A stretch of DNA of 64,000 nt from Gammaproteobacteria bacterium (GCA_018674175.1 JABHAT010000029.1:57761-121760), one strand, 5' to 3'; numbered from the stretch's first letter, positions 29,961 to 39,813 are shown. The notes: generated by a model not told the origin, from the letters alone. Numbers and translations are program-made.

Positions 29961-31181
29961 ATGAGTAATAGTAATATAAATAGAAGAAAATCTAATGAAG
30001 TAAAAGTAGGAAATGTCTTTATTGGAGGAGATAATCCAATCGTAGTACAATCTATGACAGATACAAATACCTCTGATATTGAAAAGACAACCAATCAAAT
30101 TTTAGAGTTAGCAAAAGCAGGTTCTGAAATAGTTAGAGTTACCGTGAATGATGCTGATGCAATTCAGGCAATACCTTATATAAAAGATAATATTCAAAAG
30201 TCTGGTTTAAATATACCTTTAGTAGGTGATTTTCATTTCAATGGACATATTTTATTAAATAAGTATCAAAGTGAAGCTGCACACTTAGATAAGTTCAGGA
30301 TAAATCCAGGCAATGTTGGAAAGAAAAATAAAAAAGATAAAAATTTTACAACAATGATAGAAGCAGCTTGTAAATTAGATAAGCCAGTGAGGATTGGAGT
30401 TAACTGGGGTAGCCTCGACCAAGAGCTGCTAGCTGACAAACTAGATACAAATAATAATTTGAATATACCAAAATCATTAGATGAAGTAATGTGTGAGGCA
30501 GTAATAGCTTCAGCTCTAGAAAATGCTAAATTAGCTGAAACAATTGGCATGAGTAATAATAAAATTATTATTTCCTGTAAACTAAGTAAAGTAAATATGT
30601 TGATAGACGTTTATCAAAAAATATCAAAGATGTGTGACTATGCATTACATTTGGGGCTTACAGAAGCAGGAAGCAATGAAAGAGGTATTGTGTATTCCTC
30701 TTGCGCATTAGGTCCTTTACTGCTTAATGGTATAGGGGATACTATAAGAGTTTCTCTGACTACAGATATTAATGGCAGTCGATCTAAAGAGGTTGATGTT
30801 GCTAAATTAATTTTACAAAGTCTTGGGATAAGATACTTTTTACCAGATGTAACATCATGCCCAGGATGCGGAAGAACTAGTAGTGATTACTTTCAGAAAT
30901 TAGCTTTTGATATTGATCAATACATAAAAGATAGCATGCCAGTATGGAAAAAAAATTATCCTGGAGTTGAGAACTTAAAGATATCAGTGATGGGTTGTAT
31001 TGTTAATGGGCCAGGTGAAAGCAAACATGCTGACATTGGAATTAGTTTACCTGGTAGAGGAGAAAATCCTACAGCGCCAGTATATATAGATGGAGAAAAG
31101 AAAGTTACCTTAAAAGGAGATAATATAACTAATGACTTCAAAAAGATTTTAATTAATTATATTGATAATAGATTTAGATAA
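29961..31181 (+). CDS. ispG: (E)-4-hydroxy-3-methylbut-2-enyl-diphosphate synthase
   Basis: [46 protein letters not shown]. Confidence 0.97.
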   Translation: MSNSNINRRKSNEVKVGNVFIGGDNPIVVQSMTDTNTSDIEKTTNQILELAKAGSEIVRVTVNDADAIQAIPYIKDNIQKSGLNIPLVGDFHFNGHILLNKYQSEAAHLDKFRINPGNVGKKNKKDKNFTTMIEAACKLDKPVRIGVNWGSLDQELLADKLDTNNNLNIPKSLDEVMCEAVIASALENAKLAETIGMSNNKIIISCKLSKVNMLIDVYQKISKMCDYALHLGLTEAGSNERGIVYSSCALGPLLLNGIGDTIRVSLTTDINGSRSKEVDVAKLILQSLGIRYFLPDVTSCPGCGRTSSDYFQKLAFDIDQYIKDSMPVWKKNYPGVENLKISVMGCIVNGPGESKHADIGISLPGRGENPTAPVYIDGEKKVTLKGDNITNDFKKILINYIDNRFR

Positions 31182-31189
31182 TTAATTAT

Positions 31190-32575
31190 CTATTTAATTT
31201 TAGAGAACCTTTCTAACGCTATATTTCTACTCGCGCCCAAATCTACAATAGGTTGTATTAAATTATTATTCATCAGCAGATCTTTTTCATCACCATTAGA
31301 GTATAGATCGAAGTTCTTTAGCCATTTTTTTGTATAAATATTTTCAGGATCAAATTTTTTCTCCTGAAGAAGTGGATTGAATATTCTAAAATAGGGCGCA
31401 GCGTCAGTACCGCAGCCAGAAACCCATTGCCAACCCATAACATTATTTGCAATATCTGCATCTAATAGAGTATCTCTAAACCATTTTTCTCCTTCTTGCC
31501 ATGGAATTAGTAAATTTTTTGTTAGAAAAGATGCTGTTATCATTCTTGTCCTGTTATGCATCCATCCAGTTTCATATAATTCATTCATAGCAGCGTCAAC
31601 AATTCTTATGCCAGTCATACCTTTTTTCCACTTATCAAGGTTTTCTGAATAATCAGATTCCCATTCAAAATTTTCATACTTTTTATTAAATGGCTTATCA
31701 GTTACGTAAGGAAAATGAAATAATATATAATATGCAAATTCCCTCCAATAGAGTTCTTTGATGAAATGCTCTTCATGTTTACTTAAATCATGATTATCAT
31801 GAAAATTAAAATAATTAATTATTTGATTTGTAGTTATTTCTCCAAATCTAAGATAAGGAGATAGTCTTGATGTACCAGTAGATCCTGGTAAATCTCTAAC
31901 TTCTTTGTAATTTGATAAAGACCCTTTAAAAAAAATTTCAAGTTTTTTTATAGCCTCAGTTTCTCCAGGTTTCCAATACTGGTCTAATTTATTTGCCCAC
32001 TTATTGTCATCTAAAGAAAATATTTCTATAGTATTAATTTCAACTTCATTTATTTTAAAATTTGTAATATCAACCAACGGAAATTTGAGAACTTTTTTTT
32101 GTGAATATAAAAGTTTGCAGTTTTTATAAAATGGAGAATAGACCTTATATGGCTCTCCACTTTTATTAAGAATTAATGATGGGTGTACTAAATTAGTTTT
32201 ATTAAAAGTAAAGAAATTAGTATTACGTTTTTTAAGCTCAAAACTTAAAGTATCCTCTTTTTTTATAAATTCAGGATGTTTATTTTGATTTATAAAGACA
32301 GATTTAAAATCATATTTTTCAACAATCTCTAATGTTTTTTTGACAAAATCACCTTCAATGATTTGTAAAGTAATATTTTTTTTTAATAATCTATTTTTTA
32401 AATCTTGTAAGCTTTTCTCTAACCACCACAGATTTGCAGATCCATGTGTATTTGTGTATAAAATTTTATCAAATATAAATAAAAAGGTAGTTGCATCATA
32501 TCCTTTTATACTAGAATTTATCGCGTCATTATCATTTAATCTTAAATCATTAGAAAAAAGAACAAGAGATTTCAT
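31190..32575 (-). CDS. phrB: Class I CPD DNA photolyase
   Basis: DLRL.DN, TSRLSPYL.FGEI, ELYWREF, GWMHNRTRM..ASFL.K, WQW..GCG.DAAPYFRIFNP. Confidence 0.93.
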   Translation of the reverse strand: MKSLVLFSNDLRLNDNDAINSSIKGYDATTFLFIFDKILYTNTHGSANLWWLEKSLQDLKNRLLKKNITLQIIEGDFVKKTLEIVEKYDFKSVFINQNKHPEFIKKEDTLSFELKKRNTNFFTFNKTNLVHPSLILNKSGEPYKVYSPFYKNCKLLYSQKKVLKFPLVDITNFKINEVEINTIEIFSLDDNKWANKLDQYWKPGETEAIKKLEIFFKGSLSNYKEVRDLPGSTGTSRLSPYLRFGEITTNQIINYFNFHDNHDLSKHEEHFIKELYWREFAYYILFHFPYVTDKPFNKKYENFEWESDYSENLDKWKKGMTGIRIVDAAMNELYETGWMHNRTRMITASFLTKNLLIPWQEGEKWFRDTLLDADIANNVMGWQWVSGCGTDAAPYFRIFNPLLQEKKFDPENIYTKKWLKNFDLYSNGDEKDLLMNNNLIQPIVDLGASRNIALERFSKIK

Positions 32576-32578
32576 TTT

Positions 32579-33478
32579 CTAGTATTTAATACCTTCAATT
32601 TTAGCAAGTTTTATTAAAACTTCTTCAATTAAATATCTAGATTTAGCTGAAGTAACTTCAAGTTCTTGGTGAATCTCAGCATCTTTTGCATTTCTTACTT
32701 CGCATTCAGAAGAGTATTTTTCAAATGCAGTTAACTTATTGATAAGGTCTGCTAAATGTCTAGGACATTCACAGTTTATTTTACTTCCTGCTGCAACGAT
32801 ATTATTCAAATCCTGATCTGTAAGTAATCTTGCAGTTGACGTAGATTTTAAATAATTTGGAAAATTACTACTGCACCAGTCAGTTATACCTGAATGATTT
32901 AAAGGTAGATTGGTTGTACCGATATCTTGAGTGGTTAGTGCAGCTATGTCACCCTCTTTACCAAAGTCATATGCACAAAGTAATTTAGAGGCTTTAGACT
33001 GTTTAAGAACTTTTTGTAAGTATTTAAAAGTTCCTTGATTCACAGTTGGAATTTCAGTAATTATAAAATCTATTTTACAGTGATAATTTGATTTAATATT
33101 TCTTTCGTCTTGAACTACATCTATCATATTAAGTCTCATACTATCCAAACTTTTTTTATCTAAAATAGTTCTTCCAAGTAGGATAAAATTTAAGTCATTT
33201 TTTCCTGTAGATGTAAGAGCAGATTTGCAGCTAGAAATTCTTTTTTCTAGATTTTCGTAGTTTAAATTTGCTACAGCGCTTATTGCATCGCCATTATCCA
33301 CAAGTTTTTTAATCAGCAATAATCTATCTATATCTGCTTGAGTATATAACCTATCTCCAGCATCTGTTCTTATAGGTTTAACAACCTCATATCTTCTTTC
33401 CCAAGCCCTAAGGGTTTCGGGACGAATACCTGTAATTTGCGTTGTTAGACCTATTCTGTAATTTTGTTCAATGTTCAT
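32579..33478 (-). CDS. MerR-family (CarH/LitR-like) regulator with a C-terminal CECPRH domain
   Basis: HTH YRIG...TGI.PETLRAWERRY.VV.P.RT..G.RLY; C-terminal CECPRHL...FEKYS.EC...DA.IH; ends 3 bp before phrB. Confidence 0.85.
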   Translation of the reverse strand: MNIEQNYRIGLTTQITGIRPETLRAWERRYEVVKPIRTDAGDRLYTQADIDRLLLIKKLVDNGDAISAVANLNYENLEKRISSCKSALTSTGKNDLNFILLGRTILDKKSLDSMRLNMIDVVQDERNIKSNYHCKIDFIITEIPTVNQGTFKYLQKVLKQSKASKLLCAYDFGKEGDIAALTTQDIGTTNLPLNHSGITDWCSSNFPNYLKSTSTARLLTDQDLNNIVAAGSKINCECPRHLADLINKLTAFEKYSSECEVRNAKDAEIHQELEVTSAKSRYLIEEVLIKLAKIEGIKY

Positions 33479-33530
33479 ATAAATAACATATATCATGAAT
33501 AAATTTAAATCAAGTATTATTTATATTTAT

Positions 33531-33658
33531 TTGTACAATATTTGTATTTATATAAGTAATTGTTGTATTTATATAAATATATTTAATATTTGTATAGATA
33601 TACCTGTACATAAGTAATTTATATGTTAACCTAGGTTCATGTTATTAATTTTTGTACA
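33531..33658. promoter_or_regulatory. Cluster of TGTA(C/T)A boxes, putative operator of the MerR/LitR-like repressor, with a divergent promoter
   Basis: TGTACA at 33532, 33605 and 33653; TGTATA at 33591; direct repeat TTGTATTTATATAA at 33542 and 33563; CTGTAC-N17-TAACCT with extended TG (33604-33632). Confidence 0.5.
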
Positions 33659-33714
33659 TCCCCCGGAGCACCTTGCTCCACAACCTTGTAGCCGGTTATC
33701 CGGCTACTTTTTTT
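33639..33714 (+). ncRNA. Candidate ~75-nt sRNA or attenuator leader
   Basis: GC-rich island in AT-rich DNA; hairpin GGAGCA-cct-TGCTCC plus a terminator; candidate promoter just upstream. Confidence 0.5.
33688..33714 (+). terminator. Rho-independent terminator
   Basis: GTAGCCGG-ttat-CCGGCTAC followed by T7. Confidence 0.85.
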
Positions 33715-33741
33715 AAAATAACTATTACAAAGGAGAAGATT

Positions 33742-34071
33742 ATGTTTGGTTTTGGAGATAAAAATAAAGTTCATAAGGTAACAATTGCTAATACTGGTGA
33801 AACATTTGAAGTAACCGGAAAAATAAATTTATTACAAGCAGCTAAAAATGCAGGGATCGAATGGCCTTGTGACTGTAAAGTAGGAAGTTGTGGAACATGC
33901 AGAGCTGTATTGAAAGAAGGCAAAGTAAAGGAACTAGCAGACTTTGCATATACACTAGATGGAGATATGCTTAAAGAAGGTTATATACTTGCATGCCAAT
34001 CATCTTTGAAAAGTGACATTACTGTTGAATTAGATAAATCTCAAAAAGCTGTAGAAGCAACAAAAATGTAA
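33742..34071 (+). CDS. Plant-type [2Fe-2S] ferredoxin resembling the XylA/monooxygenase reductase ferredoxin domain
   Basis: C-x4-C-x2-C...C pattern (DCKVGSCGTC...YILACQ); AAGGAG RBS before ATG 33742. Confidence 0.9.
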   Translation: MFGFGDKNKVHKVTIANTGETFEVTGKINLLQAAKNAGIEWPCDCKVGSCGTCRAVLKEGKVKELADFAYTLDGDMLKEGYILACQSSLKSDITVELDKSQKAVEATKM

Positions 34072-35406
34072 TTAATCATTAAATTCCAGTTCAGCCCCAA
34101 AAGGTTGTTCTGGAATTTGACCGTCCATATAAGCAATATTACCAGATACAATAGTTGTCATTACTTTTGTCTTGAATGGAACGTCAGAAAAAGCTGACCA
34201 ACCACATTTATGCATCACAGGCATTTTATCTAATTCTCCTATATCAAGAAAATCTAATAATACTAGATCAGCCCAATATCCTTCTCTAATAAAACCTCTT
34301 TCTTTAACGTTATAACAAATAGCGGGATTGTGACAAATTTTTTCTATAATCTGCTCAAGCGAAAAAATACCATTATGATAAAATTCTAAACAAGCTCTCA
34401 ATGAATGTTGAATCACTGGTAAGCCTGCAGGAATATCTTCGTATTTCCCAGTCTTTTCTGATATTAAATGAGGTGCGTGATCTGTTGCAATTACATCAAT
34501 ATTATTGTTTTTTACAGCTTCAATAAGCGCAAGTCTGTCAGACTCTTCTTTAATTGACGGGTTGCATTTAATAAAACCTTTTTTTGTAGCATAATCTTTT
34601 TTTGAATAAAGCATGTGATGTATGCAAACTTCTGCAGTAATAGATTTTCCTGCTACATTGGCGGCGTTAGAAAAGAAATCTATTTCATCTTTTGTTGTAA
34701 GATGAAGTACATGAAGCCTAGAACCAAAATTTCTTGCTAAATTTACAGCTAAAGTTGATGACTCTATACAGCATTCTCTGCTTCTGATCTCGGTGTGCAT
34801 TTCAAGGGGAATGTCATCACCATACTTTTCTTTTGCAGCTTTAAGATTTTTATCTATTATAGGAGAACTCTCACAATGTGTTGCTATTAATTTTGGACAG
34901 TGAATAAATATTTCTTCTAACGAATTTAAATTATCCACTAACATATTGCCTGTAGATGCGCCCATAAAAACTTTTACACCACATGCTCTTTTAGACGTAT
35001 TTTTTATTTCTTCTATATTATCGTTTGTGGCACCTAAATAAAACGAGTAGTTGGCAAAAGATCTGTCTTCTGCCACCTGAAATTTTTTATCTAAACCTTC
35101 ATTTGTAATGATAGGTGGTTTATTATTTGGCATATCCATGTAAGTTGTTGTTCCGCCGATAACCCCAGCTAAGGATTCAGATCTTATGTCAGCTTTATCT
35201 GTCAATCCCGGTTCTCTAAAATGAACCTGGTCGTCAATCATGCCTGGAATAACATATTTATTTGTTGCATCAATTATAGTATCAGCTTGAATATGTGATA
35301 ATTTATCAGCTATTTGTTCAATTCTTCCATTTTTTATAAAAATATCACCTATCTTTCTGCTGTTTTCATTAATGATTGTTGCATTTACAATTAATATAGA
35401 TTTCAT
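34072..35406 (-). CDS. pyrC: Dihydroorotase (long, amidohydrolase type)
   Basis: PGMIDDQVHFREPG, DMPN, KCNP.IK, IATDHAPH. Confidence 0.88.
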   Translation of the reverse strand: MKSILIVNATIINENSRKIGDIFIKNGRIEQIADKLSHIQADTIIDATNKYVIPGMIDDQVHFREPGLTDKADIRSESLAGVIGGTTTYMDMPNNKPPIITNEGLDKKFQVAEDRSFANYSFYLGATNDNIEEIKNTSKRACGVKVFMGASTGNMLVDNLNSLEEIFIHCPKLIATHCESSPIIDKNLKAAKEKYGDDIPLEMHTEIRSRECCIESSTLAVNLARNFGSRLHVLHLTTKDEIDFFSNAANVAGKSITAEVCIHHMLYSKKDYATKKGFIKCNPSIKEESDRLALIEAVKNNNIDVIATDHAPHLISEKTGKYEDIPAGLPVIQHSLRACLEFYHNGIFSLEQIIEKICHNPAICYNVKERGFIREGYWADLVLLDFLDIGELDKMPVMHKCGWSAFSDVPFKTKVMTTIVSGNIAYMDGQIPEQPFGAELEFND

Positions 35407-35450
35407 TGTGTTTACTCATTTTGTTTAAGTGTATAATTTAAAAACGTACT

Positions 35451-36773
35451 ATGAATTTTAAAATATACAATACTCTAACAAAAGAGAAAGAGCTATTCCA
35501 GCCCCTTGATGATCAATCTATCAAAATGTATGTCTGTGGGCCAACAGTTTATAGTTATGCCCATATAGGGAATGCAAGACCTGCTGTTATATTTGATACA
35601 CTTTATCGCCTTCTAAAAAATATATATCCCGAAGTAATCTATGTTAGAAATATTACAGATGTTGACGACAAGATAAATGAGGCAGCAAAAAAATTAAATA
35701 AACCAATATCTTATATAACCGAAAAATATACAGATATATATCATGAAGATATGCGAAGTCTAAGTGTCCTTAGCCCAAACCACGAGCCACGTGTTACAGA
35801 TAATATTGCTCAAATTATATCTATGATACAGAGAATTTTGGATAACAAAAAAGCTTATATAAATGATAATCATATTTTATTTGATATCACATCATTTGAT
35901 CAATATGGAAAATTATCAAACAGAGATATGGATGAAATGTTATCTGGGGCAAGAGTAGAAGTAGCAGAATATAAAAAAACTCCAGGAGATTTTGTGCTTT
36001 GGAAACCATCAAATGATGATGAGCCTGGATGGGACAGCCCATGGGGCTTCGGGAGACCTGGGTGGCACATAGAGTGTTCATCAATGGTAGAAACTTATTT
36101 GGGCAAAGAAATAGATATTCATGGCGGAGGACAAGATTTAATATTTCCTCATCATGAAAATGAAATTGCACAAAGTTGTAGCGCACATAATAGTAAAAGG
36201 TATGCTAAATATTGGATGCATAACGGTTATCTGAATATGGAAGGTGAAAAGATGTCAAAATCATTAGGTAATATTATTACAGTTAAGGAATTATTAGAAA
36301 AATATGATGGAGAAGTGATAAGACTTGCCCTTCTTAGCACGCACTATAGGAAGCCTATTAATTTTGGAGAAAGTCTTTTAGAACAGTCAAAAAATATACT
36401 AAATAAGCTGTATAAAAATCTTAATAATCAAAGTTATGAAGATGTAGTGTCCAAAGATGTTATTAATCCTTTACTAGATGATTTAAATACACCATTGGCA
36501 ATATCGAGTTTATTAAAAATAAAATGTTCAAAAACACTTATAAAAAGTGCAAACTTATTAGGATTATTAAATAGAACACAGGAGGAGTGGCTTTCATCAA
36601 ATAATAAATCCACAATGTCAGAAAATGATATAGAATTGCTGATTCAGGAAAGAGATAGAGCTAGAAAATCTAAAGACTTTGCAAAAGCTGATGAAATTAG
36701 AGACCAATTAGATCAAAATAATGTAATATTAGAAGATATTGATGGAAAGACAATTTGGCGAGTGAAAAAATGA
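35451..36773 (+). CDS. cysS: Cysteine--tRNA ligase
   Basis: MYVCGPTVY..AHIGN, GRPGWHIECS, FPHHENE, KMSKS. Confidence 0.97.
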   Translation: MNFKIYNTLTKEKELFQPLDDQSIKMYVCGPTVYSYAHIGNARPAVIFDTLYRLLKNIYPEVIYVRNITDVDDKINEAAKKLNKPISYITEKYTDIYHEDMRSLSVLSPNHEPRVTDNIAQIISMIQRILDNKKAYINDNHILFDITSFDQYGKLSNRDMDEMLSGARVEVAEYKKTPGDFVLWKPSNDDEPGWDSPWGFGRPGWHIECSSMVETYLGKEIDIHGGGQDLIFPHHENEIAQSCSAHNSKRYAKYWMHNGYLNMEGEKMSKSLGNIITVKELLEKYDGEVIRLALLSTHYRKPINFGESLLEQSKNILNKLYKNLNNQSYEDVVSKDVINPLLDDLNTPLAISSLLKIKCSKTLIKSANLLGLLNRTQEEWLSSNNKSTMSENDIELLIQERDRARKSKDFAKADEIRDQLDQNNVILEDIDGKTIWRVKK

Positions 36774-37243
36774 TAAATATTTTTAAAGAAAGAAAAACTA
36801 TTGAGCAGGTTGAAGAAGGTAATGAGTTGGCGCCAAAATTTGATGAAAATGGTTTGATGCCAGTAGTTACAACTGATGCGAAAACTGGTGATGTTCTAAT
36901 GCTTGGTTACCAAAATGAGGAGGCTTTAAAATTAACTATACAGACGGGCGAAGCTCACTATTGGAGTAGAAGTAGAGAATGTCTTTGGCATAAAGGAGCA
37001 ACTAGCGGTCTAATACAGAAAATTATAGATATAAGAATTGATGATGATCAGGATTCAATATGGTTAAAGGTAGAGCTACAAGGTCTGGAAGCAAGTTGCC
37101 ATGTTGGCTTTAAATCATGCTTTTATAGAAGTATACCAACAGGAAATATTAAAGACGAGATTAAGCTTATATATAAAGAAGACGAGAAAACTTTTGATCC
37201 AAAAGATATATATGGAGATGCGCCTAATCCAACTAAATTATAA
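36770..37243 (+). CDS. hisI: Phosphoribosyl-AMP cyclohydrolase
   Basis: YWSRSR..LW.KG.TSG, DDDQD, SCH.G..SCFYR; ATGA overlap with cysS. Confidence 0.92.
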   Translation: MINIFKERKTIEQVEEGNELAPKFDENGLMPVVTTDAKTGDVLMLGYQNEEALKLTIQTGEAHYWSRSRECLWHKGATSGLIQKIIDIRIDDDQDSIWLKVELQGLEASCHVGFKSCFYRSIPTGNIKDEIKLIYKEDEKTFDPKDIYGDAPNPTKL

Positions 37244-37246
37244 GAT

Positions 37247-38746
37247 ATGCATTTATTTGAAGAATTACATGATGCAGTTAAAAAATTTGGTTTTAAATCA
37301 AATATAGTTGAAGATAGTTTTAATAACTCAATTAGTAATTTAGGTTTAGTTTATAAATCAATATTACTATCTATTTTGTACAAAAAAAAATTAGAAAAAG
37401 AAGAAACTGTGGCAATTATGATGCCAAATACAGTTATAACTTCAGTATTATTTTTTGCATTACAAAATCTTAATAAAACTGCATCTATAATTAATTTTAC
37501 ATCAGGTATTACTAATATCAAATCTTCCTTAGAAGTATCGAAAATAAAAACAATAATTACATCAAAAACTTTTGTTGAGCAAATAAATATGCAAGAAAAC
37601 ATTAGGATAATTAAAAAAAGTACAAATGTATTATATGTGGAAAATATAAAATCAGAAATTAATATATCTAGTAAAATAGAGGCATTAAAAAAATTACTGT
37701 TTAAAGAAAAAATTGAAAGAAATGAAAATAACGTAGCAGTAATATTATATACATCTGGAACAGAAGGAAGCCCGAAGGGAGTAATGCTCACTCATAAAAA
37801 TTTATATGAAAATAGAAAGCAAATATTAAATGTTTTAAATATTCAAAAAAGTGAAAAATTTTTTACATGCTTACCATTTTTTCATTCTTTTGGTTTAGGT
37901 GTAGGAGTTTTACTTCCAATACTTAATAACTTTAAAGTTTTCTTATACCCAACTCCATTACATTACAAAAATATACCAAGTCTAATAGAAAGTACTGGAA
38001 GTAGTGTGTTTTTTTCAACAGATACTTTTCTAAAGAAATACTCTAAATATGCAGTAAAAGAAAATTTTAAAAATATTAAGTATATGATTGCAGGTGCAGA
38101 AAAACTAAATGAAGAAACTTATACGTATTATAAAAATAATTTTGATACAAAAATTTTGGAAGGGTATGGTGTTACAGAATCATCACCTGCTGTTTCAGTC
38201 AATACTTTTGAAGATTTTAAATTAGGTTCTGTGGGAAAAATTTTTTCTGAAATAGAATATAAAATAGAAAAAATTGATGGCTATAGTAAAGGTGGCTTAT
38301 TATTTCTCAAAGGAAAAAATATTATGCTAGGTTATCAGGTAGAAAAAGACATCAATAAAAAAGACTTTCATGACGGTTGGTATAATACCGGTGACGTTGC
38401 TTTTGTTGATAATGAAGGTTACTTATTTATTTTAGGAAGATTAAAAAGATTTGCTAAAATTGCAGGCGAAATGATTTCATTAGCTCAAGTGGAAAATTTT
38501 CCAAAAAAACTATGGCCAGAAAATTATAGTGCCGTTTGTAATATTAAGGATGTAAATAAAGGAGAAACTTTGATACTTCTTACAGATAATAAAAAAGCAG
38601 ACCTTTTTGAATTAATGAAATTAATGAAAGAAGAAGGTCAATCCTCTTTATACTTCCCAAAAAAAATAAAGATTATTAACGAGTTCCCAATTCTTGGCAG
38701 TGGAAAAATTGACTTTAAAAAATTACAGGAATTAGCAGAATCTTAA
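37247..38746 (+). CDS. AMP-binding acyl-ACP/CoA synthetase (Aas C-terminal-like)
   Basis: LYTSGTEG.PKGV.L.H.N, LP.FHSFG, EGYG.TE, GWY.TGD, GRLKRFAKIAGEMISL, LGSGK.D. Confidence 0.85.
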   Translation: MHLFEELHDAVKKFGFKSNIVEDSFNNSISNLGLVYKSILLSILYKKKLEKEETVAIMMPNTVITSVLFFALQNLNKTASIINFTSGITNIKSSLEVSKIKTIITSKTFVEQINMQENIRIIKKSTNVLYVENIKSEINISSKIEALKKLLFKEKIERNENNVAVILYTSGTEGSPKGVMLTHKNLYENRKQILNVLNIQKSEKFFTCLPFFHSFGLGVGVLLPILNNFKVFLYPTPLHYKNIPSLIESTGSSVFFSTDTFLKKYSKYAVKENFKNIKYMIAGAEKLNEETYTYYKNNFDTKILEGYGVTESSPAVSVNTFEDFKLGSVGKIFSEIEYKIEKIDGYSKGGLLFLKGKNIMLGYQVEKDINKKDFHDGWYNTGDVAFVDNEGYLFILGRLKRFAKIAGEMISLAQVENFPKKLWPENYSAVCNIKDVNKGETLILLTDNKKADLFELMKLMKEEGQSSLYFPKKIKIINEFPILGSGKIDFKKLQELAES

Positions 38747-39813
38747 ATATATTCTTTATCCAGTCTATTTCCAAGAGCGCACATTAACTCATAAGGTATT
38801 GAATCAATCGAGTTTGCTACTTCTTTAATATTTATATTTTCACCCCATAATTCTACATTGCAACCAACTTTTATATCTTTATCTCCAATATCTACAGTAA
38901 TTATATCCATAGATACTCTTCCGACTATATTAAAAAAGTTATTATTGTAGAAAACTTTTCCTGTATTACTTAATTTTCTTGGAAAACCATCACCATAACC
39001 AATTCCTATAGCAGCTATTCTTGTATCATTTTCTAACTTATGTGTCTGACCATAACCTATAGTCTCACCTTTTTTGCATTTTTTTATAGATATTACTGGT
39101 GCAGTTAAAGTCATTACGGGCTTGAGATTAACTTCTTTTAATAAACGACATGGACTTATACCATAAAGCATAAGACCCGGCCTTAACCAAAAATTTATAT
39201 CATTAGTATTTTTAGAGTATTTAATAATACCTGCTGAATTAAATATACTTAACTCAATATTAGTTTCGTTAACTATTTCGTTGAAAAGACTTATTTGTAT
39301 ATCTGAAAACTTATCATCGTCTTCATCTGCACATGCAAGGTGAGTCATAATGCCAATAGGATGGACAACTTTTTTATTCTCTTTAATTTTATTAAATACT
39401 TTCTGAAAATCTAAATTATTGAATCCTAATCTATTCATTCCTGTATCTATTTTAATCCACAATTTAATACTACCTGAGAGACTTGTGGTATCCATTATGT
39501 TAATTTGAGATGAATCGTGAATAACTGGTCTAATATTATTTTCAGAGCAATATATAAGCTCTTCATTATTTGAAAAACCTTGCAAACAAACAATTTCTTT
39601 AGTTATATTTTTACCCCTTAAATACATAGCTTCTTTTATTGTTGCCACTGCAAAAGAATCAGAATCATTTAATGACTTTGCAACCTCAATCATCCCATGA
39701 CCATAAGCATCAGATTTAATTACTGACATTATTTTTGAATTTAAAGAATATTTTTTTATCTCAGATAAATTATGAGCAATATTTTTTTTATTGATTAAGA
39801 TATGCCCATTCAT
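38743..39813 (-). CDS. alr: Alanine racemase
   Basis: VIK.DAYGHG, KIDTGMNRLG, RPGLMLYG, GYGDG, GRVSMD. Confidence 0.96.
   Translation of the reverse strand: MNGHILINKKNIAHNLSEIKKYSLNSKIMSVIKSDAYGHGMIEVAKSLNDSDSFAVATIKEAMYLRGKNITKEIVCLQGFSNNEELIYCSENNIRPVIHDSSQINIMDTTSLSGSIKLWIKIDTGMNRLGFNNLDFQKVFNKIKENKKVVHPIGIMTHLACADEDDDKFSDIQISLFNEIVNETNIELSIFNSAGIIKYSKNTNDINFWLRPGLMLYGISPCRLLKEVNLKPVMTLTAPVISIKKCKKGETIGYGQTHKLENDTRIAAIGIGYGDGFPRKLSNTGKVFYNNNFFNIVGRVSMDIITVDIGDKDIKVGCNVELWGENINIKEVANSIDSIPYELMCALGNRLDKEYI

Noticed and set aside
33531-33580. Direct repeats as a mini CRISPR array
   Set aside because: Only two 14-bp units 7 bp apart and no cas genes
33634-33685. Possible tRNA 3' fragment or attachment site (GGTTC...ATCCCCCGGAGCACC)
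   Set aside because: No intact T-arm or cloverleaf and no integrase nearby
33652-33741. N-terminal extension of the ferredoxin given in the ORF track
   Set aside because: It runs through the terminator hairpins; the strong AAGGAG RBS points to ATG 33742
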